A DNA stretch of 64,000 bases from contig OZ360247.1 of assembly GCA_977017645.1 (NCBI GenBank), positions 49,538,001 to 49,602,000 of the forward strand, in the 5' to 3' direction. This document shows, in pieces, positions 36,121 to 49,717 of the stretch. Numbering within the stretch: position 1 is the first letter of the stretch; each line of letters starts with the position of its first letter. A program made the translations under genes and the position numbers. The notes under the pieces were generated by a model. It was not told the DNA's origin. It ran no database searches and worked only from the letters and a program-made list of their open reading frames with translations. The stretch is from Torpedo marmorata (Eukaryota).

Positions 36121-36684
36121 GGCCTCGGCAAATTTTCCTCTTAATTTAACCTGGTGCCGTCCTGGTATATCTGCTCCACAGGCTGTTGAAGACTTAAGCA
36201 AAGTCCTGGGATCTCGTATCTGAAATCTAGAACTGAATACAATATTCTTGTGGATTAATGAGAGTTTAAACAAATGTAGCAGAAATTTTCATTCTTGCTT
36301 AACAGCATGAGGGTCACTAGATATTCTCCAGGGTGCACCTCCCTCACAGTAGGCTTACCTTTTCACGTGTGTGATAGTTATTTTTATATCATTTGCTTTC
36401 CTCATTTTCTTCAGTCTTGGTTGTTAGCTCACGGAGTTGACTTTCTTAATTCCCAATTCTCTAAATTTATTTTCTATTCTTCGTTTTATAATTCATTACC
36501 TGAATTATATATTTTTTAATGTTTCTTTTCTTTTCATCACTGTTTCCTCTCTTTCGCGGCCATGAAAAGACTGGTGGACAGATGGCAGATGTAATGCATT
36601 TAGTATTGACTTTAAAGCTGTGACCTCATTAAAGCAGACAATTACCCAATCTGAGGTGAGGAGAAATTTTCCTAATGTCACATG

Positions 36685-36930
36685 TGGGTGGCATGGTTAG
36701 CGCCACGCTATTACAGCACCTGCGACCCGGGTTTGAATCCGGCGCTGTCTATAAGGAGTTTGTATGTTGTCCCCGTGTCTGCATGGGTTTGCTCCGGGTG
36801 CTCCGGTTTCCTCCCACCATTCAAAATGTACAGGGGTTGGAGGTTAATTGGGGTATTTGGGCGGCACGGTCTTGTGGGCTGGAAGGGCCTGTTAACCGTG
36901 CGGCATGTCTAAATTTTAAAAAATTTAAAT
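36685..36930 (+). mobile_element. HE1/V-type SINE
   Basis: Family match. Confidence 0.85.
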
Positions 36931-39204
36931 TGAAAAAAATCACAGTTTTCCTTGGCCTCCTCAATAGATTGAAATGGGACAAGTGCAGATCTTTCTGCTT
37001 GTCAACCTTTCATGATCCACAGTGCCTGGCCATGAATATTTTGAAGAAGACAAGTAAGCGATCATGGAAAGAATCAGACTATTGCTAATCATGACCTTTC
37101 CACCGATAGGGCTGATGGAACTCAAAAGGAAGCTATTGACGATGACACTAGCACTGGAGACATCTTAGATGCAGATTCTAGAAGTTGCAGGATATTGTCC
37201 TTGATGACCTAGAAGATGCATGGTCAGCCAAAGTAAGGATGGAATATGTCAAAATGCATTAACATGCCACTGTATCCAACCTAAACACAAGAAGTGATCA
37301 TGTCAGAGGACTCAAGAGCAGAAATATAGCAGCATTGGAACGTGGCACATCGCTATTTTTCTTCTTATCAAAACACCATTTGTGAAGTGGCTGATAATAT
37401 CTTTGGTTGTCCTTTATAGCGAAACTTTAACATTTGGTTTCGAGATTGACAGCAATCGTGGAGTTGAGGCTAATCTTGGAAAAGGACAATCATTTAAAAA
37501 AAACCTCAAAGAAAATCAGGGAATGATGGCCCCAAATATTCTTGAAGAGGATATTATTTTAGAACATATAGAAGCTGCAGAGGAAGAGACAGCAGAGAGA
37601 ACTCTGCAGAGAATGACATCTCAGGGAAATGTGAGGGAGCCTTTGGTCACTCAAGCAGTGTTAGGTGGCATGAGAAAGGGAGGAGAGGTGTGATTTGTTT
37701 AAACTTGGAACTATACAGTATATGTAAGTAATGTCTTTTTATTCTTTTGTAAAAGGTGGAAGAGTGCAGTGTATTTAATTTCAGGTGCTGAAGTTCACTG
37801 GTGCCTGCATTATAATTGTCTATAAAGGTTAGTCATACCAAATTGGTAAGGTCCCTGGAATAAACACTGTGCTGAGCTCGGAGTCTGTCTCATTCCTCTC
37901 CCTCAAAGCTAAACCCAGATACTTCACCAGCACTCAAAGCCAGATCCTAGTCAAGCATTCACATCAGCATGGGAAGATCCCAAAACAGTCAAAGCTCAGA
38001 ATGGATACATGTCTCCGTTCTTATCTCAAATATGCCTTAACCTCAGGATATAGTAGAATTGCATTCAAAAGCTTGTTAGAAACATATCAGGTTTCATCTG
38101 TTTACCACCTTTATATCCCCAAGTAAAAAGAGTTGACCAACATCCCTTCATTAAATGCTGACTAAATATTTTAATTAGAAATTCTCTGTGAGGTTCTGAT
38201 GAGACAACAATGGAATGGATCTGAGTACACACACACCACCTACTGGTACCAAACAAACTATTCTTCCCTAAATGGCTGTTCCAATATCTGAGCAAAAACC
38301 TTAAAAAAAAAGGCCTTTAATTAGTTGGGCAGAATGAGTTCTGATGTACTTCTCTTGACTGTTGCTGACTGTAGAATCATTCCATACAAACATCTTCACT
38401 TCCCCTATCCTCTCCCATTAACTTCCACATTTCATGAAATGTCTGCCCATGTGTTTCATGTGATCACTACACCAAGTCACACATCTGAGGGGTACAGATA
38501 TAAGGAAGGTGACATGACATTCCTCTGTAATGTCACAGATGGAATTGCACTGTGAGTTACTAGTATTTGCACCAGGCCTTCATGTCTCTACACAAGTAGA
38601 TGTAATTCAACCTAAAAATTCCAAACAGAACACTATCTCCCCACGTGCCTGTAGAAATCTCTATTTTATTACACAGCCAAAGGCCATTCAACACTCGGAA
38701 AACTATTAGAGAGGATACTTAGGGATAGGTTTTATCAACATTTGGAAAGCCATGGCCAGTTGAGGGAAAGTCAACATGTGTTTGTTTGCCGGTCATGTCT
38801 TACATATGAGTGTTTGAGGAGGTGCAATGTTCTGTGTCAATGTTCCTGCCCCCATATCTTGCTTGTCCATTTCTATCAATATAACCCTCCTTCGTTGTCT
38901 TCTTTATGTCCTTATTTTTCTTTTTCTTGAATCCATGGTTGCCTCAACGAATAGCTGTGGCAGCACATTCCCTGTTCTACCCATTATCTGTTCAGGATTT
39001 TCTCCCAAATTCCCTCTTGTGTTATTGGTGATGATTATCACTTGGACTATGCCTGAACAGAAGTTCAGATGTGGCATTAATCCTACTTGTTGGAATCAGA
39101 GTGCTTGGACCAGTAAAGTGAAGCTGTGAGCTCCTCACCTGATACCAAAGGCAGCTACCTTGCAGGTATTCCACTTTTAATGGCTGTGAGGTCATTGCGC
39201 TAAC

Positions 39205-39452
39205 GGCACAGTTAGTGTAGCAGTTAGTGCATGTTACAGCGCCAGCGACTGGGACCGGGGTTCGAATCCCGGCTGACTGTAAGGAGTTTGTATGTTCTCC
39301 CCATGTCTATCTGGGTTTCCTCCAGGGGCTCCGGATTCCTCCCACCATTCAAGATGTACCGGGGGTTGTAGGTCAATTGGGTGTAATTGGGCAGCACTGG
39401 CTCGTGGGCCGAAAGGGCGCATTACCATGCTGTATGTACTGTATGTCTAAAT
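39205..39452 (+). mobile_element. HE1/V-type SINE
   Basis: Family match, GGTTCGAATCC B box. Confidence 0.85.
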
Positions 39453-39544
39453 TTTGTCAACTGGACGTGCTCATAAGGAGTCTCTCCCCACTGCTCACCT
39501 CGTTTTACTACCCAGTTTGGGAAAACAGTGTGTTCCACTGTGCA

Positions 39545-39690
39545 AACAACAAACAATCTGCAGGAGGAACTCAACGGGTCGAGCAGCACGATGTGAGAAA
39601 CAAAGAATGGCCAATGTTTTGGCTCAGAACTCTCCCTCAGGACAGTCTTGATTCAGTCCACTTTGATGAAGGGCTCTGACCTGAATGTTA
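39545..39690. mobile_element. Old Penelope-like inverted termini
   Basis: GGAGGAACTCAACGGGTCGAGCAGCA (minus) then TTGATGAAGGGCTCTGACCTGAATGTT (plus). Confidence 0.55.
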
Positions 39691-40891
39691 CAAAGTACTA
39701 AATAGGCAATACCAGCGATGAACTAATATTTTGCGTACATATTTGGGTGGGGGCTCTTTGGTGGAAAACCAATTGCATCGAGCATTTAAGAATAGAACGC
39801 AGGTGAACACAATTGTGAACCTACAAGGACTGGCTTGAGTTCTCTCATGGCAGGAATATGTTTTTGAGAATCATTGCTGTTGTTCTATATCTTGCCCTCT
39901 GATCCATCCCTCCTCCAGCAGAGCTCCAAGCTGGGATTACTGCCAACAACAGAAAAGCATTAATTACTATTGCACATTGGTTAGATCAACCGTTTTCTAT
40001 GGCAACCACTGCATGAGGTTTATAACGTGATATTATTTTGTGTGGAATTATGAGACTGTAATCAACGTTGACTGCAGCTGGATCCAGATTATCCAAATTG
40101 ATTTGCCCAAGATGCTTCTAATTCACAGGAATGTTTAACAACAGTTTACATTCACGCTGAAGAATGTGTCATCACACCAGGCTGGAAAGGACAGTGTCCA
40201 AATCGACAGCTCCTCCCAGTCCACAGGGAGTTAGCTCATTTGGGGATTAACATAAACATTAACGAGTCTTATTAACAACTGAACATCAATAATAATGTCC
40301 TGTTACTGTTTACACAGACTACACTTGCAGGTGAGATACCAGTAATCATGATGTGAAACAATTCAAGGAAAATTTTGAGGAAATTGATGATTCTGTCATT
40401 CAGCCTTCCAGTGGGAAATGACCTTTACAAGAACACACCTCAGGAAATCATAGGCACTTAGCCAATGATCTTACATCGATTAATTTCTTGGCAAATTTGA
40501 AGCTGCCAGCTTTGCTAACAATTATCTTATTAGATATGTTTCCCACATTTGGCTCTCCACTTGGGCAGCTTGATTATGACGTAACTTCAGCAAAAAAAAA
40601 AACACTTTTTAATCCCTCTTATCAGGAATTGAAGCTTTTGGAGTATAATTTAGATGTCGTAGTTTTACATGTGAGGGAGATCATGGTGGCTAATCATTGC
40701 GAGCTGCCGCAGTTGTACATGCATCACTATACTGATGTAGGCAACTGCAGATATACCTCAGGCATAAATCAGAAATAGATTCCAGTTCTCTTATCTATCC
40801 AGATGCATGGCTGTATATTTATTTTTAAGTGTACCAGCATTAAATTACGAGCAATGGTGTAGCTGCCTTTCACTTGCTCTGCTTACAGTTG

Positions 40892-41428
40892 CCACAGAAC
40901 CCTTGGCATCGAGAGTGTCCTGGCCGGCTGCATCACAGTGTGGTATGATTGCTGGAGAGATTGGGTCAGAGGTCAATCCACAGGACCACCAGAGCAGCTA
41001 AGAGGATCACTGGGGTCTCCCTCCCCCCCTCGACGTGATCTACTGGGATCGTTGTCTGAAGAGGGTTCGCAAAATCATTGAGGTCCCCTTCCACCCCGCC
41101 CGCAGCACCATTCAGCTGCTCCCATTGGGAAAGAGATACAGGAGTATCAGAGCCAGCACCACCAGGCTGAGAAACAACTTCTTCCCACAGGCAGTGAGAA
41201 TGCTGAACGACTGATGAACTGCTCACACTAACCATCCGAGACTCTACTATTTATTTAATAATATTTATTTACTTTTATATATATATATACAACATATAAA
41301 TCACTTGTAAATATGTGTGCTATGTCTATCTAAGTGTTTGCATATTTTTACACCAAGGATCGAAGAATGCTGTTTCATCCAGTTGTACTTATACAATTGT
41401 ATGATAATAATAAACTTGGACTTGAACT
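40892..41428 (+). mobile_element. Rex1-type 3' fragment
   Basis: Matches 18110-18628. Confidence 0.8.
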
Positions 41429-41664
41429 TAGAAGTAAACACCTCTTCTTCACGCGGAGTTGCACCTATGCAGACAGATGAAGCAGGAATGTCCCAACGGA
41501 CCTTGCTGGTCTGTGCACACCCCTTCCTGTTGATTCCCCCACCTGGGACAAACTGAGGGTTTGAAATTGTCAAGAGGCCTGGTGTCTAATTTTAGGTGAT
41601 CATAAAGATCTCAGTTGGAGGCCAAATAATGGAGCAAACTGTTGGTAAAGTTTCCAAAACATAA

Positions 41665-41800
41665 ACATTGCAGACGCAGGGACTGCAGAATGCTGGAATC
41701 TGAAGCTAAACACAATCTGGTGGAGGAACTCAGTGGGTGAAGCAGAATCAGTGGGAGAAAAAGGATGGTCGACATTTTGAGCAGAAACTCTTCATTGGAT
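41665..41800 (-). mobile_element. Old Penelope-like terminus
   Basis: CTGCAGAATGCTGGAATC..GGAGGAACTCAG..GGTCGACATTTTG..TCTTCAT. Confidence 0.55.
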
Positions 41801-41899
41801 GTAAATTGGGTAGATAAGAGTTAGAAGTTATGAAAGGAACTAGATGATACAGTGACTGATGGAGTTCATCATGAGAGATTCACTTTGAATCCAACAAAA

Positions 41900-42110
41900 A
41901 TGGTAACAGGCCCTTCCGGCCCATGAGCCCGTGCCACCCAAATACCCCAATTAACCTACAACCCATATGTTTTGAAGGGTGGGAGGAAACTGGAGCACCC
42001 GGAGGAAACCCACGCAGGCACGGAGGGAACGTACAAACTCCTTACAGACAGTGCCAGATTCGATTCCGGGTCACTAACACTATAATAACTGATACGCTAA
42101 CCGTGCCACC
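41900..42110 (-). mobile_element. HE1/V-type SINE
   Basis: Family match. Confidence 0.8.
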
Positions 42111-42321
42111 TTTGTGGTAAGAATTTTGGAGGTGAGAAGAAACAATGATTTTCCATTGCAGAGATCACTGAAAGTGGACTGGTGTACAAAATGTAACGAC
42201 AAAGGATAATGGCATATAGAACTTTACGATGAGGTAAGTTTGGCTTGAATATCCTTGAACATTGACAACTGCAACAAAAGAGCTAATCTTGGTTAAACAT
42301 CTGTTTAAGAAAACATCTGTT

Positions 42322-42985
42322 TAAGGTGAGTGGAGGAAAGTTTAGGTGAGACATCAGAGGTAATTTTTTTATAGAGAGTGATGGGTGCCTGGAATGCATT
42401 GCCAGGGGTGGTTGTGGAAGCTGGTACTGTACAATTGGGACATCTAAAAGACTCTTTTTGGATGTATTAAAAATGGAGGGTTATGGGTGTGTGGCTGGGA
42501 AGGATCAAATTATTGTAGAGTAAGTTTACATCGGTCGGACCAATATTCTATTACAATACACAAAAGTGCTAGAGAAAGCAGGTTATGCAGCGTCCATAAG
42601 TTATATTGCTCACATTTTATAAGTAAAATGCCTGAGCCCTTTGTCGAGCCCTGCATGATCTGCTGAGCTTCTCCAGCACTTTTGTGTATTGCACTGCAAT
42701 CACAGCATGGGGCGGCACGGTTAGCGTAGCGGTTAGCGCAATGCTGTCACAGCGCCAGCGATCCGGGTTTGAATCTGGCGCTGTCTGTAAGGAGTTTGTA
42801 CATTCTTCCCGTGTCTGCATGGGTTTCCTCCAGTGGCTCTGGTTTCCTCTCACCATTCAAAACGTACCTGGGGTTGTAGGCCAATTGGGTGTACTTGGGC
42901 GGTACAGGCTCGTGGGCAGAAAGGGCTGTTACTGTGCTCTATGAATGTCTGTATGTCATCTGCAAACTTTCCTGTTTAGTTCTAG
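42322..42985 (+). mobile_element. Nest: CR1 3' end (42322-42550), Penelope inverted termini (42555-42708, 42956-42985), SINE (42709-42955)
   Basis: Matches to the respective families elsewhere in the window. Confidence 0.7.
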
Positions 42986-43196
42986 GTTCAATGTAGGTCA
43001 TTGGAAAGTAATCACTAAATAACTTCCTCTGTCAGAGGTCCCAGAACAAGGAGAACATTGTTTGAAATAGATTCTTTGGAATGTGAAATCAGGAAACCCA
43101 TCTCCAGGTGAACAATATTGGGAATATTGGCTGTAGAAGCCCCTGCCCAAATGACTGTATGCTGAGTGGAATGGATTTTCCCACTCAGTATCGATG

Positions 43197-43672
43197 ATCA
43201 GAATCAGAATTTATTGTCATGAACAAGTCACGAAATTCGTTGTTTTGCAGCAGCATCACAGTGCACACATTCATATAAACCACCTTACGACAATAAATAA
43301 AAATAGTGTATGAAAAGTCAAAGTAAGGCAGTGTCTGTGGTTCATTGATCATTCAGGAATCTGATGGCAGCGGGGAAGAAGCTGTCCTTGTGCCGTTGAG
43401 TGCTCGTCTTTAGGCTCCTGTACCTTTTTCCCGATGGTAGCAGAGTGAAGAGGGCATGGCCTGGGTGCTGGGGGACTTTGAGGGTAGAGGCTGCTTTTTT
43501 AAGACACCGCCTCATGTAGATGTCCTCAATGGAGTGAAGTCTGGTGCCCGTGATGTCGCAGGCCGAGTTAACAACCTTCTGGAGTTTTTTTTTGTCCTGA
43601 ACGTTGGCACCTCCGTACCAGACAGTGAAGTAACCAACCAGAATGGTCTCCACAGTACACCTGTAGAAGTTT
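43197..43672 (-). mobile_element. Rex1 3' fragment
   Basis: ORF 43342-43653; (TCAGAA)n TTTATTGTCATG at the left end. Confidence 0.87.
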
Positions 43673-43914
43673 TCTGTAAAAGATGGGCAAGGACGTCAAC
43701 TGAAATGAACAAAGATGGCAAAATGAAGTTGAGATGCAGATCAGACATGACCAGGGAGAACGACAGAATAAGATCGGCTCAAAGGATTGAACGGCCTACT
43801 CACGTGTAATCCTCCTCACACCTCATCAAGAATAATAACTTTCTTTGTCTGCAAGCTAACCTTCTTTCTTCTTCGGTAGACTCTGGGATTAAAGATGAAT
43901 TCCACTTCGCTGCA

Positions 43915-44600
43915 AAGGGTTCAACTGCCCGGTCCTAAGGCTTCGTACAGGCTTTAAACAGCTAACGGTGTTTGTAAAATACTGCCAATGTGAGGTCTGT
44001 ACCCAAGATGGCCTGTGCTAAGCAGTGGCCATGAGGGGTTGCAGACTCGGGGGTGGGGGGGGGGAGCAGCGGACCGGCACAGGGCACCAGAAACGAGGAA
44101 AACACCCCTCATTGAGAAGGAGAAGCAGAGGAGATGACTCTACAGTACAGTGACCACGGCAACGGACCAGCGAGGGCCTCAGCGGCTGAGGAACCCACAC
44201 AGGCTGCGGGCTGCTGGACACTGGCTCATGGGAACCAGATATTGGAGCCGGGATTCAAGAAGGTGCTGAGGGCAAGAAAGGCTCCCAAAGGGCCTCAGGC
44301 GCTGAAGGCTTCCTGATTGTATCGGATGTTTGGATCTGGACCCCGGGTTGCCAATGGATAGAACAGGGGTCTGTGCGGCTGCAGAGGCTGCGGGAGCGCT
44401 GGAGGCGAATCCACGGAGACTCAGTGTCTCTGAAGGGTCTCTCTTTTGCTTCTTTTTCTCTTGTACTGTAAGGGGCGCCAGGCAACACTAAAGGCAACCC
44501 TTTGTCAGCCTTATGGCAGGCAGAAGGCAATTTTGTGTAATATTACATATTCTGTACTATTACATGACAATAAAAGAGTCTTGAATATTGAAATCTTGAA
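43915..44600 (+). mobile_element. GC-rich retroposon, diverged subfamily copy 4
   Basis: CCCAAGATGG, GAGAAGGAGAAGCAGAGGAGA, CTCTCTTTTGCTTCT; ATGACAATAAA..CTTGAA tail. Confidence 0.75.
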
Positions 44601-44639
44601 GTGAATTCTGATGCGTCTAATGACAGCCATGCGACAATG

Positions 44640-44912
44640 GCAAACTTTTGCACACGTGGAATAAAAGGCGATGTATTTGTTCCGCTGATTATACAGGCCG
44701 CGGTGTGTGTCTGATGCATGGCTTTAAAGTGCAATACCATCCCAAGTTCTCCTTCCAAACTTTGAGTGGTCACGGGCCAGAAATTCCCAGCAGTGAATGA
44801 GAATCTTACATTTCTTCAATGAGGTTTTGAGCACATCCATGAATCTTTTCCTGTTAATCTCTTCCCACGACAGAATAGGGTAACATTTTTGGGGATCTGG
44901 TGTAAGGCATAA
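44640..44912 (-). mobile_element. RTE-clade LINE C-terminal fragment
   Basis: RKRFMDVLKTSLKKCKI..WEFLARDHSK. Confidence 0.65.
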
Positions 44913-45647
44913 CACTTACACCAGATAATAACACTTGCAGGCTAATAAGCTGAAGATAGCCGTCACGTAAGTAGCTACAAATTCAAGGTGCCATTGAAAC
45001 CTTTCCAGGTTAAATGAGTGGATTGCAGAGATTTCCAATTTATCACAAAATATTCACCCATCGACGTCCAACCTTATCTATAGCAGAAACAAGATCATAT
45101 GCCGCTTGGTGTTTTGTCTAACTGTGTTATATTATTCATCAGTCTGAAGGAATTCTACTCAAAGTCTCATATAGACCTTGAGTTAATTAATCAACAGCTG
45201 GAGACAGTCACAGGTGCAAGGCTGTGTATTTTATTCAATGCCAGCATGTTAATCAAGGAGTTGATTTTAAAGAGATGATGAATCCATGAGTGAAAACCAA
45301 CCCTCACTCCCCTTCTCACCCTCCCCAATCACCCCACTCATGGTTGGAAGCAGTGGGGAAATTTTCCTCGTGGTCTGACAGCCAAGCTGCAGGATGTTCC
45401 ACGACACTTGGGGTGAACAGGGCTCAAGTTCAGCTTCTTTCCTGTCAGTTTGGATATCGTCCATTATCTTTCTGAACTGCCTCCACCCTCGTATGGTATT
45501 TCCAAACTAATTTGTTTCAGCTTAAAATCATTTACAAGTGTTTTTATTGGCAAACAAACCCCTACTCTAAAGATGCATTTATAGGGTGACAACAGTTTCT
45601 TTGCAGAAGCCACATATTTTTAAAAGTTTGATGCATGAATTTTGATG

Positions 45648-46572
45648 CGCATCCCAAGGATGCGTGCTTAGTCCACTGCTCTACTCGTTACACACCCATG
45701 ACTGTGTGGCCAGGCACAATTCCAATGCCATCTACAAGTTTGCCGATGACACCACAGTTGTCGGCAGAATCACAAACGGCAATAAGGAAGCGTACAGGGG
45801 GGAGATAGATCAGCTCGTTGAATGGTGTAACAACAACAACATTGCGCTCAACGTCAGCAAAACCAAAGAGATGATTGTGGACTTCAGGAGGAAGTCAGGG
45901 GAACATGACCCAGTCCTCATCGAGGGCTCAGCAGTGGAGAGGGTCCAGAACTTCAAATTTCTGGGTGTCAACATCTCTGACGATCTGTCCTGGAGCCTCC
46001 ACGTTGAGGCAATCACAAAGAAGGCTCGCCAGCGGCTATACTTTGTGAGGTGCTTGAGGAGATTCGGTATGTCACCGAAGACTCTCGTAAACTTCTACAG
46101 GTGTACCATGGAGAGCATTCTGGCTGGTTGCATCACTGCCTGGTATGGAGGCGCCAACTCCCAGGACAAGAGTAAACTCCAGAGGGTTGTTAACTCAGCC
46201 TGTGAAATCACAGGCACCAGACTTCACTCCATCGAGGACATCTACACGAGGCGGTGTCTTAAAAAAGCAGCCTCTGTCCTCAAACACCTCCACCACCCAG
46301 GCCATGCCCTCTTCACATTGCTACCATCGGGAAAAAGGTACAGGAGCCTAAAGTCGAGCACTCAACGGCACAAGGACAGCTTCTTCCCCGCTGCCATCAG
46401 ATTCCTGAATAATCAATGAACCAAAGACACTGCCTTACTTTTCGTGCACTATTATTTATATTTTTTGTATAGTAATGTCATAAGATGGTTATAATATGAA
46501 TGTTTGCACTATGATGCTGCCGCAAAACACCGAATTTCATGACTTGTTCATGACAATAAATTCTGATTCTGA
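45648..46572 (+). mobile_element. Rex1/Babar LINE, 5'-truncated, young (ORF 45664-46419 open)
   Basis: [18 protein letters not shown] through AAIRFLNNQ*; (TTCTGA)n tail. Confidence 0.92.
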
Positions 46573-46879
46573 TGAAAGATACTGAGAAAGGAAGAAGCAA
46601 GGAAATTGAAAGGAGTATTATAACACCTCCTGCATTGGCAGGACTGCTTAAACTGTTGTTGTGTTACTGTGGGAATGTGGATCACACAATAATGTAAATC
46701 AGTGAAAATAAAGGAAACCATTTGTATACTCCTTCCAGAATTCCAACACTTTAACCTTTGTTTAAAGAGCATCAATTGTTTCTGTGATGATATCAGTGTT
46801 TGTGGCTATTAGCATCAGTTCTGGTGATTCTCTCCAGCTCTAGATCATCCACTTTGTGAAGAAGGACTCCCTGGATTCT

Positions 46880-47630
46880 GTCCATAGAACAGTTCAGTGC
46901 AGTCACAGACCCTTCATCCCATCATGTCTGTGCTGACTATGGTGCCAATTGTACGGGCGGCACGGTTAGTGCAGTGGTTAGCGCAACACTGTTACAGCGC
47001 CAGCGACCGGGGTTCAAATCCCCCGTTGTCTGTAGGAGTTTGTATGTTCTCCACTTGTCTGTGTGGGTTTCCTCTGGGTGCTCCAGTTTCCTCCCACCCT
47101 TCAAAACGTACGCGGGTTGTAGGTCAATTGGGTGTAAATGGGTGGCACGGGCTTGTGGAATGGAAGGGCCTGTTACCGTGCTGTATGTCTGAATTTAAAA
47201 TTAATTTGACTCATCCCATCTGCCTGGACATGGTCTGTATCCCGCTATTCCCTGCCTGTTCATGTACCTGTCTAAATGCCTCTTAGACGTTGCTATCATA
47301 TCTGCTTCCACCGCCATCCCAGGCGCCTACAACTGTATAAAAAAAACTTGACTCACACATCTCCTTTGGACTTTCTCCAGTCATAATGTTCTTTTGTATT
47401 TCCACCCTGGGAAAAAGACTATCTACCATATCTATGTCTTGCATAATTTTATAAACTTCCATCAGGACTCCCCTCAGACTCCAATACTCCAGAGAAAACA
47501 CTCCAAGCTTGTCTGCCCTCTCCATATCCCGTCTAATGCAGGCAACATCCTGGTGAACCACTTCTGCACTCTCTCCAACCTCCACATCCTTCACACAGTG
47601 CGGTGACCAAAAATACATATTGTACTCCAA
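46880..47630 (-). mobile_element. Decayed CR1 3' part with plus-strand SINE inserted (46953-47200)
   Basis: ORF 47283-47630 FWSPH..LGVFSLE..EVYKIM; SINE family match. Confidence 0.75.
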
Positions 47631-48262
47631 ATTTTTGCCCCACTAACCCTGCATGTTAATATCACTCCTTGTTTATTTCACTATCACATTAAGTATCAGA
47701 TGTCCATCTATATAAGGCAATTCTTAAAACTGAAGGGTTCCAGCTTGTTGAATGATCTCTCATTGATCTTCTTTGTAACATCAAAGATTGGACCAGCTAC
47801 TTCATTCAAACTTCACATCTTGCCTGTTGGCTTTGAGGTGTGAATGATACACAGATCTGCAGGAGCATGAAGGCCAGACTGTCGTATCACTCAAACATGT
47901 TTTCTGGAATGTACACTTGCTTTGCTACTTATCCTCAGGCCTTAGAGTGAGACAAATAAGATGGTGCTGTGCAGAGTAGATGTTTATTTTCCAATAGGCA
48001 GTACATCTTATTTGCTGACAATGAGCTGTAGTATATTTGCCACTGATTAATCCGCACGGACTTTGGATTTGGAAATTTTGCATTCCCCATTTTACCACCT
48101 ATACTGTAACATTGTACCTTTTATCAATGTAATTTCTCCACAAGACTGAAAACCCAACACGTTAAGCATTACCAAAAACAGGGTGGGATTTCATTTTATC
48201 TCCATGGATTTGTACAGGATAGAAACAGGCCCTTTGGCCCATCGAGTTCATGCCAACTATCA

Positions 48263-48497
48263 TGGGGCGGCACGGTTAGTGCAATGCTATTACAGCACCA
48301 ATGAACCAGGTTCGAATCCGGCGCTGTCTGTAAGGAGTTTGTACGTTCTCCCCGTGTCTGCATGGGTTTCCTCCGGGTGCTCGGGTTTTCTCCCATCCTT
48401 CAAAAACGTACGGGGGTTGTAGGTTAATTGGTGTATTTGGGTGGCATGTACTCATGGGCAGGAAGGGCCTGTAACCGTGCTGTACGTCTAAATTTAA
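48263..48497 (+). mobile_element. HE1/V-type SINE
   Basis: Family match. Confidence 0.85.
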
Positions 48498-48902
48498 ATC
48501 ATGCCTATCTGTGCTTATCCCACTTGTCTGCATTAATTCCATATCATTCTATTCTCTGTTCATTCAAGTACCCATCCAGATGCCTCTTTAACGATGTTAC
48601 TGTTCCTACCTCCACTACCTCCTCTGATGGCTCATTCTGGATACCTAATTCTCTTTGTGTGAAAATTATACCCCTCAGATTCCTTTACAACTTCTTCCCC
48701 TCATCTTTAACCAATGCTCTCTACTTTGTACACCCATATCATGGGAAACAGACTCAGTCTTTCTACCCTATCTATGCCTCTCATAACTTTATATACTTCT
48801 ATCAATCAGGTTATTGTCTGCCTCCTTTGCTCCAGAAAAAAAACAGGTTCCATCTATTCAACCTCTCCTTATAACTCAAGCCCTCCAGTCCAGGCAAGAT
48901 TC

Positions 48903-49590
48903 TTGTGATCAATGGCTCCATATTGGAGAGAGTGGAGTGCAGAAAGATCTTTGGTGTGCAAATAACAGACGTCCTATCCTGGACCCACAACACCTCCTCA
49001 TTAGTCAGGAAGACGCAGCAGTGCCTACACTTCCTGAGGAGGTTGAGGAGGGCAAGGCTACTGGCCCCCAACCTGACAACCTTTTACAGGCTCATAACTG
49101 AGAGAGTGTCCTGTCCGGCTGCATCATTGTGTGGGACGGAAGTTGCAAAGCATCGGTCCGGAAGTCAATACAGATGATCATCAAAACGGCCGAGAAGATC
49201 ACTGGGGTCTCCCTTTCCTCTATTGATGACATTCACCTGGAGTGTTGCTTAAATAGGGCTCAAAGAATTATTGAGGACCCTTTCCATCCAGCACACAGTA
49301 TCTTTAACCCACTACCATCATGAAAGAGGTACAAGAGCATCAAAATCAGGACTGCCAGGCTTCTTCCCGCAGGCTGTGAGATTGATGAACAAAATCCTGT
49401 AACTGAGTAAATAATTTCAAAATATTGATATATATTTATTTTATAATATGTATATCTTTATGAATGTATGAGATTATTATGTGCTGTGTATTGTGCTGTG
49501 TATTGTGTGCACCTGGTCCAGAGAAACGCTGTTTCATCTGGTTGTGTATGTACAGTCAAATGATAATAAACTTGAACTTGAACTTGAACC
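48903..49590 (+). mobile_element. Rex1-type 3' fragment
   Basis: GVQITDVLSW..QQCLHFLRRLRR; (CTTGAA)n tail. Confidence 0.8.
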
Positions 49591-49717
49591 TTTTCTACAT
49601 CCTCTCTAGCTTAATCACATCCTTCCTAGAGTGTGACGACAGGAACTGCACACAATACTCCACCCGCGTTCCAACCAATATTTTGTACAACTGTAACATG
49701 GTGTCTCAATGCTTGTA

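Noticed and set aside
37382-37693. 103-aa ORF with a signal-peptide-like start
   Set aside because: GTG start, no recognisable family and no convincing splice sites; cannot be supported as an exon.
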